Positions 1 through 14,920 of a stretch of 64,000 nt of DNA are shown piece by piece. Every line of letters starts with the position of its first letter. The first letter of the stretch is position 1. The DNA is from Octopus sinensis (lineage: Eukaryota), in contig NC_043003.1 of the NCBI RefSeq assembly GCF_006345805.1, forward strand, positions 28,272,001 through 28,336,000, given 5' to 3'. The notes beneath the pieces were generated by a model that had not been told where the DNA came from, did no database searches, and worked only from the letters and a program-made list of their open reading frames with translations. A program made the position numbers and the translations under genes.

Positions 1-686
1 TGCAGTTCGGCAAAAGCAATTGATAGAATAAATACTAGACTTACAAGGAATAAGTCCTGGAGTCGATTTGTTCGACTAATATCCCTTAAGGTGGTGCCCC
101 AGCATGGCCGCAGTCAAAATGACTGAAGTACGTACAAGAATGAAAGAATAAAAGAATACACGGCCGGTGGAGGCCTTTGAGCAGCTGTTCTTCTGTTGAG
201 CAGTAACGCTTCCTAGTGAGGGTGCGTGGTTTAGTGTTTCGGGAACACGGCTCACGATCGTAAAGTCGTGAGTTCGATTCCCGGCGGCGCGTTGTAAGAC
301 ACTTTATTTCACGTTGCTCCAGTTCACTCAACTGGCAAAAATCAAGTAGTACCTGGATTTCAAAGGGCCAGCCTTGTCATATTCTGAGTCATGCAGAATC
401 TTTCTGAGAACTATGTTAAGGGTACGCGTGTCTGTGGAGTGCTCAGCCACATGCACGTCAGTTTCACGAGCAGGCTGTTCCGTTGATTGGATCAGCTGAA
501 GCACTGGTCGCCGTAACCGACGGAGAGCCAGTGCCTCCTAGGGGTCCTTTTATTAGTCCACAGGGGGCTGCAATGTCAACGGAGCTATCTCAATACATCA
601 TTAGATCGCTGGGTGTTTCGAGGGGTCGTGATTGTTTCTTAGATGCAAAAATATTTAAACCAAGTTATCAGAATCGCTAACACATA

Positions 687-1186
687 ATCATCATCATCAT
701 CATTGTCACCGTCATCATCACTATCGTTACCGTCATCATCATCATCATCATCATCGTTATGATCATCACATTTATCATCCCCGTCATCATCATCATTATT
801 ATCATCATTATCGTCACCACCAGCATCGCCTCTGCCGCCGCCACGTCCTCGACGACGACGACCACACCACCATCACTAGCGCAACATCCAGCAAACACCA
901 CCACCATAACAATCTCCACCACCACTACGAATATCACCGCCAACCACCACATAATACCTACACCAACAAGTCCACCACTACCACCATCACAGCCACCACC
1001 ACAACAACACCACCATCATGCCGCTTCCACAACCACCACCACCACCACCACCACCACCACCCCCACCATCACTATCCCCTCCACCACCACCACCATGACA
1101 ATCACCATCATCGCCATTATAATATCCACTACCACTACCATCATTACCATCATTATCATCAATATGATCACCACCAACACCATCAA

Positions 1187-1247
<61 letters not shown>

Positions 1248-1258
1248 GTCGTCGTCCC
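687..1258. repeat. (CAT)n/(CAC)n trinucleotide low-complexity tract
   Basis: Direct inspection; similar tracts at 11900-12550, 26800-27160 and 32580-32900. Confidence 0.95.
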
Positions 1259-1524
1259 CGACATTGAACTAACAACGCTCCTGCTAAGAGCGTTCCAAGC
1301 TCAAATGGGGCTGCATATGTCAAGTGCGCGTCACAAAGAGCTCTGGCAGTTTGGTGAGGATTGTAATTTTTCATACAAATAAACTTTCCGATTTAAGAAA
1401 AAAAACAATAACTGGCGCTCCCTGCGACCCATAGAGCGCTCCCTAAGCCTTTGCTGATCTCTTAATATCAGTTGATTACTAGGAAATTTTACCTAAAACA
1501 CAATTTTAGCAAAATAATAATAAC

Positions 1525-1576
<52 letters not shown>

Positions 1577-2224
1577 TAATAATAATAATAATAGTAAATA
1601 AATAAATAAAATGAAAAAATAAAATAACAACAAATCTATGTTCAGATTAATATATAAATATTGCATTGTTATCAGTGAGAAGAAGGCATGGTTGATGAAG
1701 TGTCAAGATATAATGAAATTTCATTATATAAGTTCTTGCCTTGTTTAGTTATTGCCATACAAAAAGCATGGTTGTGTGGTTATGAAGCTTGTTTAACAAC
1801 CATGGGATTTCGGGTTCAGTTCCACTGCGCGGCTCCTAACGCAAATGTCTTCTATAGTCACCCAAAGGGAAGAATGCTACTGTTATTTAGGCCTAGGAAA
1901 CACCGGCTCCTGTTGGACTTGACGCATTTCCTGTGTCTTTATGCTACTGCATAAATCTTTCTGAGAGATTTAGAAATATTTTCTATTTTCAAAAATCAGT
2001 GAATGTATTTCACTTGAAATATATATATTTTTAAAGGCGGATAGGCACCGACAGCTAGCAAGCCTGACTATTATGAGCAATGACTCTGAAACTAGTCTCT
2101 GGATGCTAGCTTTGCTGGGTGGAGGTGCTTATATCCACTTTGAAAACATAAAGATACAGGAGATGTGTCTAGTCCAACAGGAACGGTGTTTCCTTGGGCT
2201 GAATAACAGTACCATTCTTCCCTT

Positions 2225-2678
2225 TTATGGGACTGTCACATTAAGTTGACAACATACTATCAAGAAAATACTTGTAAATGTAAGTGTTCCCACTGATAAA
2301 AATATGTTTGTAAAGGAGTTTGACAAATTAACTATAAGGACTTGGAAATAGAAATACAAAAGATGTGGCATCTTAAAGCGAGAACTGTCCCTGTTATTGT
2401 GGAAAGGGATGTCAGAAAACATCTAGATAATATCCCATGAGAACCATGTGTCAGAGAAATCCAAAAAGATTGTGTTGACAAGTACTGCCCACATCCTTAG
2501 AAAAACCCTATCAATTTTAATGTATGCGTTGTATTACATGAAAATATTTCGCTACTACCCCTGCCACTTACCCTTCCCAAGCTTTAAATCATACTGTAAC
2601 ATTTCTTATCCTTCACTCGCCCTAGGACGCTGGGTGTGTCTCGGCGAGTGATTGTAGTAAACATGCTGATTAAAAGTA

Positions 2679-2727
<49 letters not shown>

Positions 2728-2742
2728 TAATAATAATAATAA
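2225..2742 (+). mobile_element. 3' end of an R4/Dong-like RLE non-LTR retrotransposon with (TAA)n tail
   Basis: Broken frames read VSVPTDKN..KEFDKL..KDLEIEIQKMWHLKARTVPVIV..EIQKIVLTSTAHILRKTLS, the C-terminus of RLE-type ORFs; TAA run at 2680-2742. Confidence 0.8.
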
Positions 2743-3548
2743 TGGTGGCTCAAAGCCAGTCAGTGCAAAGGGTAATTTTATTTCATTGTTCCTGAATGAA
2801 GGAAAAATTAAAGTCGACCTCAGCAGCATTTGAAACCAAAACTTAAGGAGCCAGAAAAAATAACTGTAAGCATTTTTATCTGGCGTGCTAACGATTCTGT
2901 CAGTTCGTGGCCTTTAGTTTAAAGTAATATTGGTTTCAGATTTCGGCAAAAGGGCAGCAATTTCGGGAAGTGAGTATGTGAGTAAGTCTATTACATCGAT
3001 CCCAGTGCTCAAATGGTACTTAATTTATCGATCCCGATAGGATGAAAGGCAAAGTCGACCTCAGAGGCACTTGACTTCAGAACGTAAAGACGGACGAAAT
3101 GCCGCTAAACATTCTGCCCGGTGTGCTAACACTAATCCAATATTAACATTCCCAGGTGCAATGAAAACGCATGAGACAAAACGTGTATGATTTGAACACA
3201 AAGCATTGGCATAACGCAGCTGAAGGGAAGAAGAAATATCTTAGGACAATTTAGTGCGGAACTCGTGTGTTTCTGACATTTAATAAGGGTATGTGGGTGG
3301 GGGTATCCTCGCTAACAAGCAGTATTAATTAACTGCTGTCAGTATGCCTACACGACTAACAAGCAATGTAAATTAAAGCGCAAGTCGGTTATGTCGATGC
3401 ATAATTATTGAGTAGACAGAAAGTTTCTACTTGACTTGCTAACGTAAACACACACAAGAAGCCAGTTTATAATTATCCGGCTTGAATTGCAGGGTCTCTT
3501 TTAATACACTATAAATCTAATAATATACAGAATGATTTATATATTTAC

Positions 3549-3788
3549 ATCGTGAATGGTGAACATTAGCGTCGTTAGTGCTGGATGTCTCTTTGACATG
3601 TACGTTTTGAATATTAGCGTCGTTGGTTCTGTGGTTTCTAACGAGCCAACCAGTCACTGGTTCACTGCATTCCCTGATGACGACAGTGACGAGGAAGTAT
3701 CTATGCTAGTTGTGCCGAATAAATACCACAAAGTATTTTTCACCGACGCACTGGTTTATCACATTCCTTACTCCGTGTATATCTTGCA
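3549..3788 (-). other. Unique exon-like island of 240 nt with stops in all minus frames
   Basis: Acceptor-like gtgtttcag and donor-like gat|gtaaat; internal 11-nt repeat at 48-nt spacing; the plus strand has an open 78-aa ORF (3556-3792). Confidence 0.25.
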
Positions 3789-3926
3789 CTGAAACACATA
3801 CATACTCTCACGCATATATATATACCTACACACACGTATATGTATGAATATATATATACGTGTATACATACATATACATATACACACGCTCACACAAATG
3901 CCTACATACATACATACATACATACA

Positions 3927-3960
<34 letters not shown>

Positions 3961-4187
3961 CATACATACATACAAACATACATACATACATACATACACA
4001 CAAACAAAAATACCCTGATGCTGATGTTGAAATTCTAATGAAGGAATCTTGGATCTAGGTTAGAAACCGGTTCTTTTTCCATTGGCAAGAAATCTTGAAA
4101 TAAGCTGAATAATGACACACACATACACACACATACACACACATATACATACATATATATATATATATATGTACATGTATATATATA

Positions 4188-4244
<57 letters not shown>

Positions 4245-4647
4245 CATATATATACACATATATATCATAATATATATGCATACATATGTATACACACACA
4301 GAGGTACACACACATACACATATCTATAGACATGCACAAAAATATTCAACAGGTTTCATTCAAAACGTTCTGGATGCCGAATTGTGATATCTCCGTAAAC
4401 CCTAATTACATACGCGTAATAATAACAATAATAATCATTTCTATTATAGGCACACGACCTGAAATTTTGAGGGAGGGGCTAGTCGATTACATCAACACCA
4501 GTGCACAACTGGTGCTGGTTTTATCGTCCCCGACAGGATGAAGGGCAGAGTCGACTTCGGTGACATTCGAACTCAGCTCGCAAAGAACTAGAACAAATGT
4601 CACGAAGTATAATATTCAACACTCTTACGGTTCTGCGAGCTTACCGC

Positions 4648-4682
<35 letters not shown>

Positions 4683-6294
4683 TAATAATAATAATAATAA
4701 TAATAATATTAATAATGATAATAATAATAATAATAATAATAATAATATAATAATAATAATAATAATAATAATGGTTAGGGCAGCGGACTCGCAGTCGTAG
4801 GATCGCGGTTTCGATTCCCAGACCGGGCATTATGAGTGTTTATTGAGTGAAAACACGAGGCTTCGGCAGGGGGTGGTGGTGAACTCTGCTGTACTCTTTC
4901 ACCACAACGTTCTCTCACTCTTTCTTCCTGTTTCTGTTGTACCTGTATTTCAAAGGGCCAGCCTTGTCACACTCTGTGTCACGCTGAATCTCCTCGAGAA
5001 CTACGTTAAGGGTACACGTGATTGTGGAGTGCTCAGCTACTTGCACGTTAATAAATGAGTTGCGACGTCACTGGTGCCAAGCTGTATCAGCCTTTGCCTT
5101 TCCCTTGGATAACATCGGTGGCGTGGAGAGGGGAGGCTGGTATGCGTAGACGACTGCTGGTCTTCCATAAAAAAAAAACAACCTTGCCCAGACTTGTGCC
5201 TCTGAAGGTAACTTTCTAAGTGCAATGCCACATCACAACAACAACAACAACAATAATAATAATAATAATGATAATAATAATTTTAAAATTTTTGCCACAA
5301 GGGCAGCTTGGGGGAGGGGATTAATTCGATTACATCGACCCCCAGCTCGTAACTGGTACTTATTTAATCGACCCCGAAAAGATGAAAAGCAAAGTCAGCC
5401 AATAATGAAATATTTCGTAAAGGATCCGTTCGTACCTCGGTGTGAAATAATTTTATTCCGCAGGTTTTTTTCATCTGCATTCAACGTATCTCGCTTCCAA
5501 ACCCGCTGAAAACCACTTTTTTCCGGAAAAGAAAGGGGTGGTGAGGACCTCGGAGTTTCCAGGGAAACTCTTGGTTTCCCACCAACGGAGTTTTGTTTCA
5601 CGTTTTTTTTCTTTTCTAGATTATTTCGCATACTTTCAACGAATGTAACATCGAAATCACGCGTAAACAGCTCCTTTCCCCAGAAAAAGAAAAATTTGGT
5701 TGCTATTTCTAGCACACCCTGCTACCACGTAACGGCTATCCATACTACTATAGGCACAAGACCTGAAATTTTTGGGTAGCAGCTAAGTCGATTACATCGA
5801 CCCCAGTGTTTAACTAGTACTTATTTCATTGGCCGCAAAAGGATGAGAGACATAATTCGACCTCGGCCGCATTTGAACTCTGAACACAAAGAGCCGGAAG
5901 AAATGCCGCTAAGCATATTGTCTGGCATGCTATTGATTCTGCCAGTTCGCTGCCCATTATCAAAGAAATCACCCCATAACCGATTATCAATATCTACTCT
6001 TGCGCTGAAATCTCCTCAGAATCGATGTTTGTTTCTAGTCGGAACTATCAAAATGGCGTAATTCAGTTAATGGTAAAATAACTTTTTTTTAGTTTTGTCA
6101 ACAACCTTTTCTTCATGCTATCGATCTCGGAGATCAAAATAGTTTGTAATCCAGAAGAATCATAAACAAAGTTCATCCTGGCGGAATTTGAACTCAGCCC
6201 GCTTATGACCCTGTTTGAATAATATAACGCATTTTCTGCGACACTTTACCGACTCTGCCAAATTTACCGCCAAAATACAACAACAATAATAACA

Positions 6295-6326
<32 letters not shown>

Positions 6327-6816
6327 ACAACAAGATAACAGACAATTCTACAAGAGACAGTCTATCGGAAGATGTATTTTTAGTAAAGCGATATTGATAA
6401 CGCTTCGCACGCTGATTGGTTAAAATTGTGTTTTACGTATCACTTGTTTCACCCAACCTCCCCCTCCTCTCATTGGTCCTTCATCCGTATAATTATGTAA
6501 GAGACGCTTTATAACTAGCTTGTAACAAGAGCAGAAATTTAGTCTCATTTACGTTTATCGTCTGTAGTATGTATGTATGTATGTATGTATGTATGTATGT
6601 ATGTATGTATGTATGGATGGATGGATGGATGGATGGATGGATGAATAGATGAGTGTACGTATGTCTGTCAGTAGGTTGTACGTATGTGTGTGTGTGAGTG
6701 TATGTGCATTTATGTCTATGTATATATCAATGATATATGGATGTATGCAAGTAGGTATGTATCTACGTATCTATGTATGTTCATATATGTATGTCCGTAG
6801 GTTTGAGTATGTATAT

Positions 6817-6898
<82 letters not shown>

Positions 6899-7262
6899 AA
6901 TATGCATATAGATTTTTAGGTATATATGTATATTAATGTATGTAGCTTATGTACGTATATATAAATGCATGTATATACGGATGTATATTTAATGTCTGCA
7001 TATGAATATATATATGCACGCATACGCACACACACATTCGCACACACACACAAACACATAAATACACACACACAAACACAAACATACACACACGAATATC
7101 TGTTTTCTTTGAGATGTAAATCCTTCATGAAATTGAAACTGCTCACGACCAACAAACTGCGAAGTTTTAAAGTAAATACTTTTATAAATATGATCTCCTA
7201 GAAGGTCGTGCCCCAGCATGGCCATAAATCGATGACTGAAACCACCAAATGATTTAAAAACT

Positions 7263-7296
<34 letters not shown>

Positions 7297-7505
7297 ATAC
7301 AAACAGACGTACATGCACACAGACAAACGCCACGTGTATACATGTTAAATTTGTTTATAGTGGCAGACATGACGCCCCAGCTTCAAAAAGTAAAAGAAAC
7401 CATATACATGGTGAGATAAACATGCTTAGTGATCGATTTATGCCTTAAATGATAACAGAAACACACTCATTATATTATGTTATATTATATATATATATTA
7501 TATAT

Positions 7506-7536
<31 letters not shown>

Positions 7537-7738
7537 GTGTGTGTATATATACATTTCTGTACATATACACATAATACTCACACACACGAACATACACATA
7601 TCTATATGGATTAAATATTTAATTCGCTCCAAGACTTATCTTTGAGTTCTTTATGGCAAATAGCCGGCCATTCAGTACCATTATATGTGTAATCTAATAT
7701 ATAACATAAATGTGTATGTGCGTGTGTATGTATGTATG

Positions 7739-7802
<64 letters not shown>

Positions 7803-8071
7803 ATATATATATATATATACAATGGGAAAGTTTACGGAAATAAACAAAAGACGAAGGTAGGTGGAGTACAAACAAACAAATGTATTAGTATAGCGCTCAG
7901 ACAATGTATTAGTATAGACAGAGAGAATAAAATCAGTGTGGTGTAAATGGTTCGTGGCCCGAATACAGTCAGTAAGATGCGTTGCTTTTTGTAAATAATA
8001 AATAAGCGATTTCCAAATGTATCGTGTGGATACAATCACCCAACGCCCATACATATAAAAATATGAAAAAT

Positions 8072-8572
8072 AAATGCGCCCTTTTAAAGCCTATCCATAC
8101 TCATGGTCCCAGTTTCCCGGTTTCAATGGCGTATGTATTCCCCAGCTGGACGAGACGCCAGTCCATCGCAGCGTTACTCATTTTTGCCAGCTGAGTGGAC
8201 TGGAGCAACGTGAAATGAAGTGTTTTGCTCCCGAACACAACGCGTCGCCCGGTCCAAGAATCGAAACCGCAATCTTACGATCATGGTGCTTACAACCTAA
8301 CCACTAAACCACGCGCCTCCACAAATGCGCCCTTTTAAAGCCTAGCCAGGCTCATGGACTCGGTTTCCCGGTTTCTATGGCGTATGTGTTCCCCAGCTGT
8401 CCGGGGCGTCAGTCCATCGCAGCGTTACTCATTTTTGCCAGCTGAGTGGACTGGAGCAACGTGAAATGAAGTGTTTTGCTCAAGAACACAACGCGTCGCC
8501 CAGTCCAAGAATCGAAACCGCAATCTTACGATCATGATGCTGACACCCTAACACTGAGCCACGCGCCTCCAC
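8072..8572 (-). mobile_element. Tandem dimer of tRNA-derived SINE family A (251-bp period)
   Basis: aaatgcgcccttttaaagcct at 8072 and 8323; a single copy lies at 61170-61415. Related copies at 215-520, 4770-5060, 38770-39070, 48845-48975, 49255-49530 and 51890-52110. Confidence 0.9.
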
Positions 8573-8676
8573 CGCCCATAGATATATGCACAAAAATAAG
8601 CATACGCACATCACACACACACATATACGCATACAGACACACACAAACGCTTTAAAAAATGCGGTTATCTTCTTAC

Positions 8677-8886
8677 CTCTATAGTTGGCTGCATATCCAC
8701 ATCGTCATCGGAAGCCTCTCCGACCACGTCTGCCATTATACCGAAAGTGTCAACAGCGACACCGAGATCGCCGGGATAAAGCTGTAGCTTTTGGTTCGAT
8801 TTATTCTCGACAATGTCAAAAATTGTGTTCGAAACCTCGTTGATGTTTTCCGTAGTGACCCTCTCTGACAATAATAACTGTTCAGC
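8677..8886 (-). CDS. Adhesion GPCR exon, N-terminal helical part of GAIN domain: AEQLLLSERVTTENINEVSNTIFDIVENKSNQKLQLYPGDLGVAVDTFGIMADVVGEASDDDVDMQPTIE
   Basis: Acceptor tattctttttttag and donor GAG|gtaaga; 210 nt = 70 codons, phase 0 to 0. The L-x-x-GDL-x-x-A-V-D motif directly after HormR is typical of GAIN subdomain A. Confidence 0.82.
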
Positions 8887-9346
8887 CTAAAAAAGAATAG
8901 AAAATAGGAAATAATAATAATTTGAAATTTTAGCTCAAAACCAACAGTTCTGCAGGAGGAGACTAGACGATTACATCTACCCAAGTACTCAACTGGTACT
9001 TCTTTCATGGACCCCCGAAAGGATGAAAGGTAGGGTCGACCTCAGCAGGATTTGAACTCAGAACTTAAAGACGGACGACGTGCCACCAAGCATTTTGCCC
9101 TCAGTGCTGACAGTTCTATCAGCTCGACGCCATAATAACAATAACAATAATAATAATAATAATAAGAAAAATACTATGTATGTGTAGCAGGCGTGGCTGT
9201 GTGGTAAGAAGCTTGCTTCCCAACTACTTGGTTCTAGGTTCGGTACCACTGCGTGGAACCTTGGTCAAGTGTTTTTTACTATAGCCTCGGGCCAGCCAAA
9301 ACCTTGTGAGTGGAGTTGGTAGACGGAAACTGTAAGAAGCCCGTCA

Positions 9347-9385
<39 letters not shown>

Positions 9386-10480
9386 AGAGAGAGAGGAGAA
9401 AAATAGAAGCTGAAAATGCACTGAGAATAGTTAAAATATGTTTTTATATTTAAAGATTTAGCTGGTTTCACAGTTTTCACTGATTTCCAAAGAATTGAAA
9501 TAAAAAGACGTGTCTTATATCGCAGCTGTCTTGCCTCTGACTAGTGTTTGAAGCTTGCCCTATTTTTATAGGGAGTTCATGGCTCAAATTAGTATATGTT
9601 TTGAACAGGATTTGTTGGGCAAGCTTCAAATTGTAGACAGAAGTTAGACAGCAGTTCGACAAAAAGAGACCGATAGAATAAGTACTAGACTTAAAAGTAA
9701 GTCATGAGGTCGATTTCAAGGCTGTAGTAAAATGGCTGAAACAAGTAAATAGGTTGCCCGGAAAGTTCTGAGCGTTTTAAAGCTAAATCTTTTAACGCTT
9801 CATTGAGCACACCTGAAATGTAGCGCAGTTAAAACTTTGGCGTTGCTTGAAGTGGTAGTGCGTCTCTTGTTTGTTCCTGACTAAGAATAGATTTATCTTT
9901 CATTTCGGTTACCCGTTATTGACATTTGAAATAAATAACCAAAAATTTCATATTCGTGTTGTAAGACTTTTCTATTTAAAACAAGACGAGAAAATGCTGC
10001 AAAGACTTACAAAAACATTTGTGAAGTTTATGGTCATGGTAGACATCCGACTATCATGTTTTTGTCTCTACAGAATTCATTGCTAGGACAAAAATTTAAC
10101 GGTTTAGATGGAGTCAAAATGCAGCTAGATACATTTTTTTTTCTTCAAAACCAGACAAATTTTATGCTGATAAAATATTTAAATTGCCTGATAGATGGGC
10201 AAAGGTCATTAATAATAATGGAAATTATTTCATTGAACAAAATTTATTGAAAGACCAATCAGTTATATCCCGTTTTGCATATTAAAAAACGCGCAGAACT
10301 TTCCGGACAACCTAATACACACACACACACACATACACATACATACATACACACACACACACTCACACACACAATATATATATATATATGTGTGTATATA
10401 TATATATACATATATAGATATACATATATATATATATATATACCTATATATATATAGGTATATATACCTATATATATATA

Positions 10481-11200
<720 letters not shown>

Positions 11201-11214
11201 ATATATATATATTA

Positions 11215-11254
<40 letters not shown>

Positions 11255-11935
11255 GACGGGTTTCCACACAAACTTCGTCAAAGAAATTCTTTTCACACAA
11301 AGCATTGGTAATGGCCCGGGACTGAACCAGAAACCAGATATTTGCAAAGCGCTCAAAAAATGCTTCACCCAATGAAGTCTTGTTCAATTCTTTTTAAAGA
11401 TCAAATAACCTACAAAAAAACCCCCAAAAAACCCAAATAATCTACAAAACCTACAAACCAAAGAATCCTACAAAACAAAAGCAAAACGAACAACAGTAAC
11501 AACAATGATAAAAATGTGCAGCTGCAATGTGCATCTGGTTCCACACATATTAACTGAACCAAAAAAATTCTTGGAGTTATAAGGAATTGGATGGTGATGT
11601 GGTGGTTGTTGGGTGTTAAAGGTTTTGGTTCGTTTAGTAACTTGACAGAAATTACGTATTTAAATTAAAGGGATCGGATGAGTTTTATGTGTAGGTGGTG
11701 GTGATAGTGTTGTGCGTGTGGGAGTGGTGTGGGGGTGATGGTGGTGGTTGTGGGATGCGTGCGTCTAATGAAAACACGATTTTACTACGTTTTAAAAGCA
11801 GATGCCTTTTGTATGGCGTCGAGAAACAAGCTTCTAAGAATGGATGCGGCAATCCTACCTTGTAGGATGTTACCTTCTGCACCCTTTTGTTTCTTCATCC
11901 ATCACCACCATCGCTACCACCACCACCACCACCAC

Positions 11936-11966
<31 letters not shown>

Positions 11967-11991
11967 AACTACTACCACCTCTACCACCACC

Positions 11992-12038
<47 letters not shown>

Positions 12039-12043
12039 CACCA

Positions 12044-12104
<61 letters not shown>

Positions 12105-12605
12105 GCTGCTGCTGCTGTTATATTGATGCAGTTGATGTTCAAAATTGCCTGATGGTTTCTCTATAGCAGTTAATTCAGCCCACCCTTCCCATTGGTTCCG
12201 TCCTGTCCGTCATGAAGTCACTTGGCTATATCGTTATTGTCGTCGTCATCATCATTATCATCATTGTTATCATCATCATCATTATTAGCACCACTAACAC
12301 TACTATTGTTGTGATTATCATCCCTACTCTCCCCACCATCATCGTAAGCTCTACAATCATCATGGTTATCAAATCGAACGCGAACATCGTATCACCATCA
12401 ACGCCTCCATCGCCATCACTGCCTTTGTCGCCGCAGTCACAATCGTCATCATCGTTGTCGTCGTCATCGTCGTCGTCGTCGTCGTCGTTGTCGTTATCGT
12501 CGCCTCCACCGCAGCCGCTGCTCTCATCTTCGTCCTCGTCACTGTTTAATTACTGACAATGCCAAATATATGAATTCAATTTGTAAAGAAAGCTAAGATG
12601 GTCAC

Positions 12606-12721
12606 CTTTTTCTTAATGTCCAGAAACTTCTTGTGGACACAGTTTGATAAGTCTGGTCTTCCCCAAGTAGCTCTGACATCTGGGACACTGTTGTCTTCGA
12701 AACATTGCCTGGTTGCGTTTC
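12606..12721 (-). CDS. Adhesion GPCR (class B2) exon, C-terminal half of HormR domain: (G)NATRQCFEDNSVPDVRATWGRPDLSNCVHKKFLDIKKK
   Basis: Acceptor ttttctcttttgacag and donor AAG|gtgacc; 116 nt, phase 1 to 0, no stops. G-x-A-x-R-x-C...W-x-x-P-D-x-S-x-C is the HormR signature. Splices in frame to 8677-8886. Confidence 0.88.
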
Positions 12722-13284
12722 CTGTCAAAAGAGAAAATAAAAAGCATAACGATTAAGTACTTCAGCAGGAACAACACCTTATAAGAACCGTTTACACAAT
12801 ATCTTGGCGAACGATCGGAGACCTGAGCAAAGCCCTGTATTTTAACACATAAGTGTCTTCGAGAAATTTACTCTAATACAAAACATTTCATCTAGTTGAC
12901 GTCAGAAAAATTTAGAAACTTTGAGAGAACGTGAAATAATTCCTTTTCGAACAGTAAAGCCCGAAGTAGATAAAGCTATAAATAACAACGTGTAAATATT
13001 GGGTTAAAAACTAAAGGTTTTTTAATATAATATTTACATGTAATTTTATCTGCTTTGAGTTCCCCCGTTCAAAAAACAATTATTACAAATTGAGCCGTTC
13101 GACGGGTGTATATACATTATAAATATTATACACATCGGTATTTCTCTCTATGACGGTTTCATATGTCTAAGCTAATTTAATTCTAAGTTGGTTAACTTTT
13201 TTACAAATTAATAAATGCTTTATTTCTCGATTTCTGTATCATAACAAACAAATGTTTTCGGCTTAGCTCAGAACGCCCAGGGTA

Positions 13285-13331
13285 TTTGTCACTGAGGTGA
13301 CAGAATTAAGTTGAAACATCATGTCTGGCGA
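13285..13331 (+). ncRNA. Type I hammerhead, one core mutation (A9 to U)
   Basis: TTGTCA-CTGAGGT-GAC n8 GTT-GAAAC-ATCAT-GTC-TGGCGA; stems I, II and III all pair. Confidence 0.7.
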
Positions 13332-13701
13332 TCCACAGGCGTTCTGAGTTAATCACCGAATTTTTAAGGCACAAGTCTCTTTGAGAAATTTTTGCTGTAA
13401 CAAAATATTACAATTAGTGCTGTTTCGTATTTATATACAAAGTATAGAAGTGTATAAACAGAGGTATTTCACTCTAATGCTGTTTTAGCTGTGTATATTT
13501 AATCTAATTCTAGCTTGACCAATTTTTGAACAAATCAGTAAATGTTCCACATCATTTTCTTTTTCTTCTTGCTTCAGTCATTTGACTGCAGCCATTCTTG
13601 GGTACCGCCTTAAAGAGTTCTTAGTTGAACAAATTGACCCCAACTGATTTCTATATCGAAACCAGCAAGCATTTTCTGCTTAGCTCAGAATGTTCGAGGG
13701 A

Positions 13702-13749
13702 TTCGTCACTGAGGAGACCAACTGAAGTTGAAACACGATCTCTGGTGAA
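13702..13749 (+). ncRNA. Type I hammerhead, mutated cleavage triplet (CUC, unpaired with C15.2)
   Basis: TTCGTCA-CTGAGGA-GAC n8 GTT-GAAAC-ACGAT-CTC-TGGTGAA; 7-bp stem I; 417 bp downstream of the 13285 copy. Confidence 0.7.
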
Positions 13750-13859
13750 CCACAGGAGTTCTGATCAAAGTCCTGTGTTTTTAACATACAAGTCTCGTTG
13801 AGAAACTTTCTCTCAGTGAAAATATTACATCATAATTGTTATACAGACCGATATTTTAA

Positions 13860-14310
13860 TATGAGGCTGTTTCAAGTGTGTATATTAGGATCGTTTTTTG
13901 TTTTTGTTTGTTTTCGGACATTAACAGCAGAACTGGAAAAAAGGTAAACGCAATAGAATTGAGATACTACAGACGACTCCTAAGTATCTTGTATAAAGAA
14001 CACGTAACGAATAATGAAGTGATAATGGGGAAAACCCAGGCTATTAGATCACACAAGCATCTGGTGACAATTCTAAAGACATGGAAACTGAAATGGTATG
14101 GCCATGTAGCAAGAAGCTCTGACGAATGGAAGGTAGACGAAAGCAATGCAGATCAAAGAAAAGATGGAATTGTAACATCAAAGAGTGGACAGGCTCAATT
14201 TCGCCGACCAACAAAGGACAACAGGAGAGCAAGGGAAGTGGGGAAATCTGGTGTGACGTCATCAACAAATGTCCCACCGACCATGCAGTCAAGGAATACG
14301 GTAGGATAGG
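13860..14310 (+). mobile_element. RTE-clade LINE 3' fragment, decayed
   Basis: KKVNAIELRYYRRLLSI..YKEHVTNNEV..LKWYGHVARS..GRRKQCRSKKRW..NIKEWTG across frames. Confidence 0.85.
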
Positions 14311-14920
14311 ATAGTTTGTTTTTAGCACAAAGACTTCGCTGGATTCCTTCGTGTCACATTCATGGGAGCAATAATATTCGTAAACGCTCACCCCGACAAA
14401 ACAAACACTCCAAAATTATTCCTTATTAGTTTAACTATTAGTCTTAACTCATTTGGTAAAGCCTAGTTTTATCTTATATTTTCATGAGAGCTTTGCAATA
14501 AGAAAACCATTAAAGATGAAGACAAGAAGAGGGACGACGACGACGACGACAACAACAACAACAATAACAACAACAACAGTAACAAAAAAAGACGAAACAA
14601 CGAAGCAGCAAACCTCTGGATGATACTCCTGTCTGTTAGAAGCGGCAGATAAATCTCTCTCATGTTTCACACAACCGTCTTAAATAAGGAGAGGTTACAG
14701 TATAACGTTGCCCTTCGGTTATTCAGAAATCCCTTTAGGATTTCAATAACATACCAAATAAAATGCTAAAGGGAATTTTGAATCGCTCTGAATACTTATT
14801 ACAAAAAATAGATGCGGCAAAACCCCCGCTCAGATTCACCATATATGATAAACGCGTCTACAGTAAGTGCACGATATCCATCAGCTCAGGCCCTAATATC
14901 ATAGTAATATGATATTTACT

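Larger units (their letters stand above)
12770..13830 (+). repeat. Diverged tandem array of about 2.5-3 HHR-bearing monomers of about 420-520 bp
   Basis: Shared blocks ttagctcagaa...ccacagg..ttctga...caagtctc..tgagaaa in two units; a weaker third copy lies at about 12790-12870. Confidence 0.65.

Noticed and set aside
11250-11290. HHR-like TTGACGA..GAAAC-CC-GTC on the minus strand
   Set aside because: Part of a diverged SINE-C copy; stems I and II do not pair.
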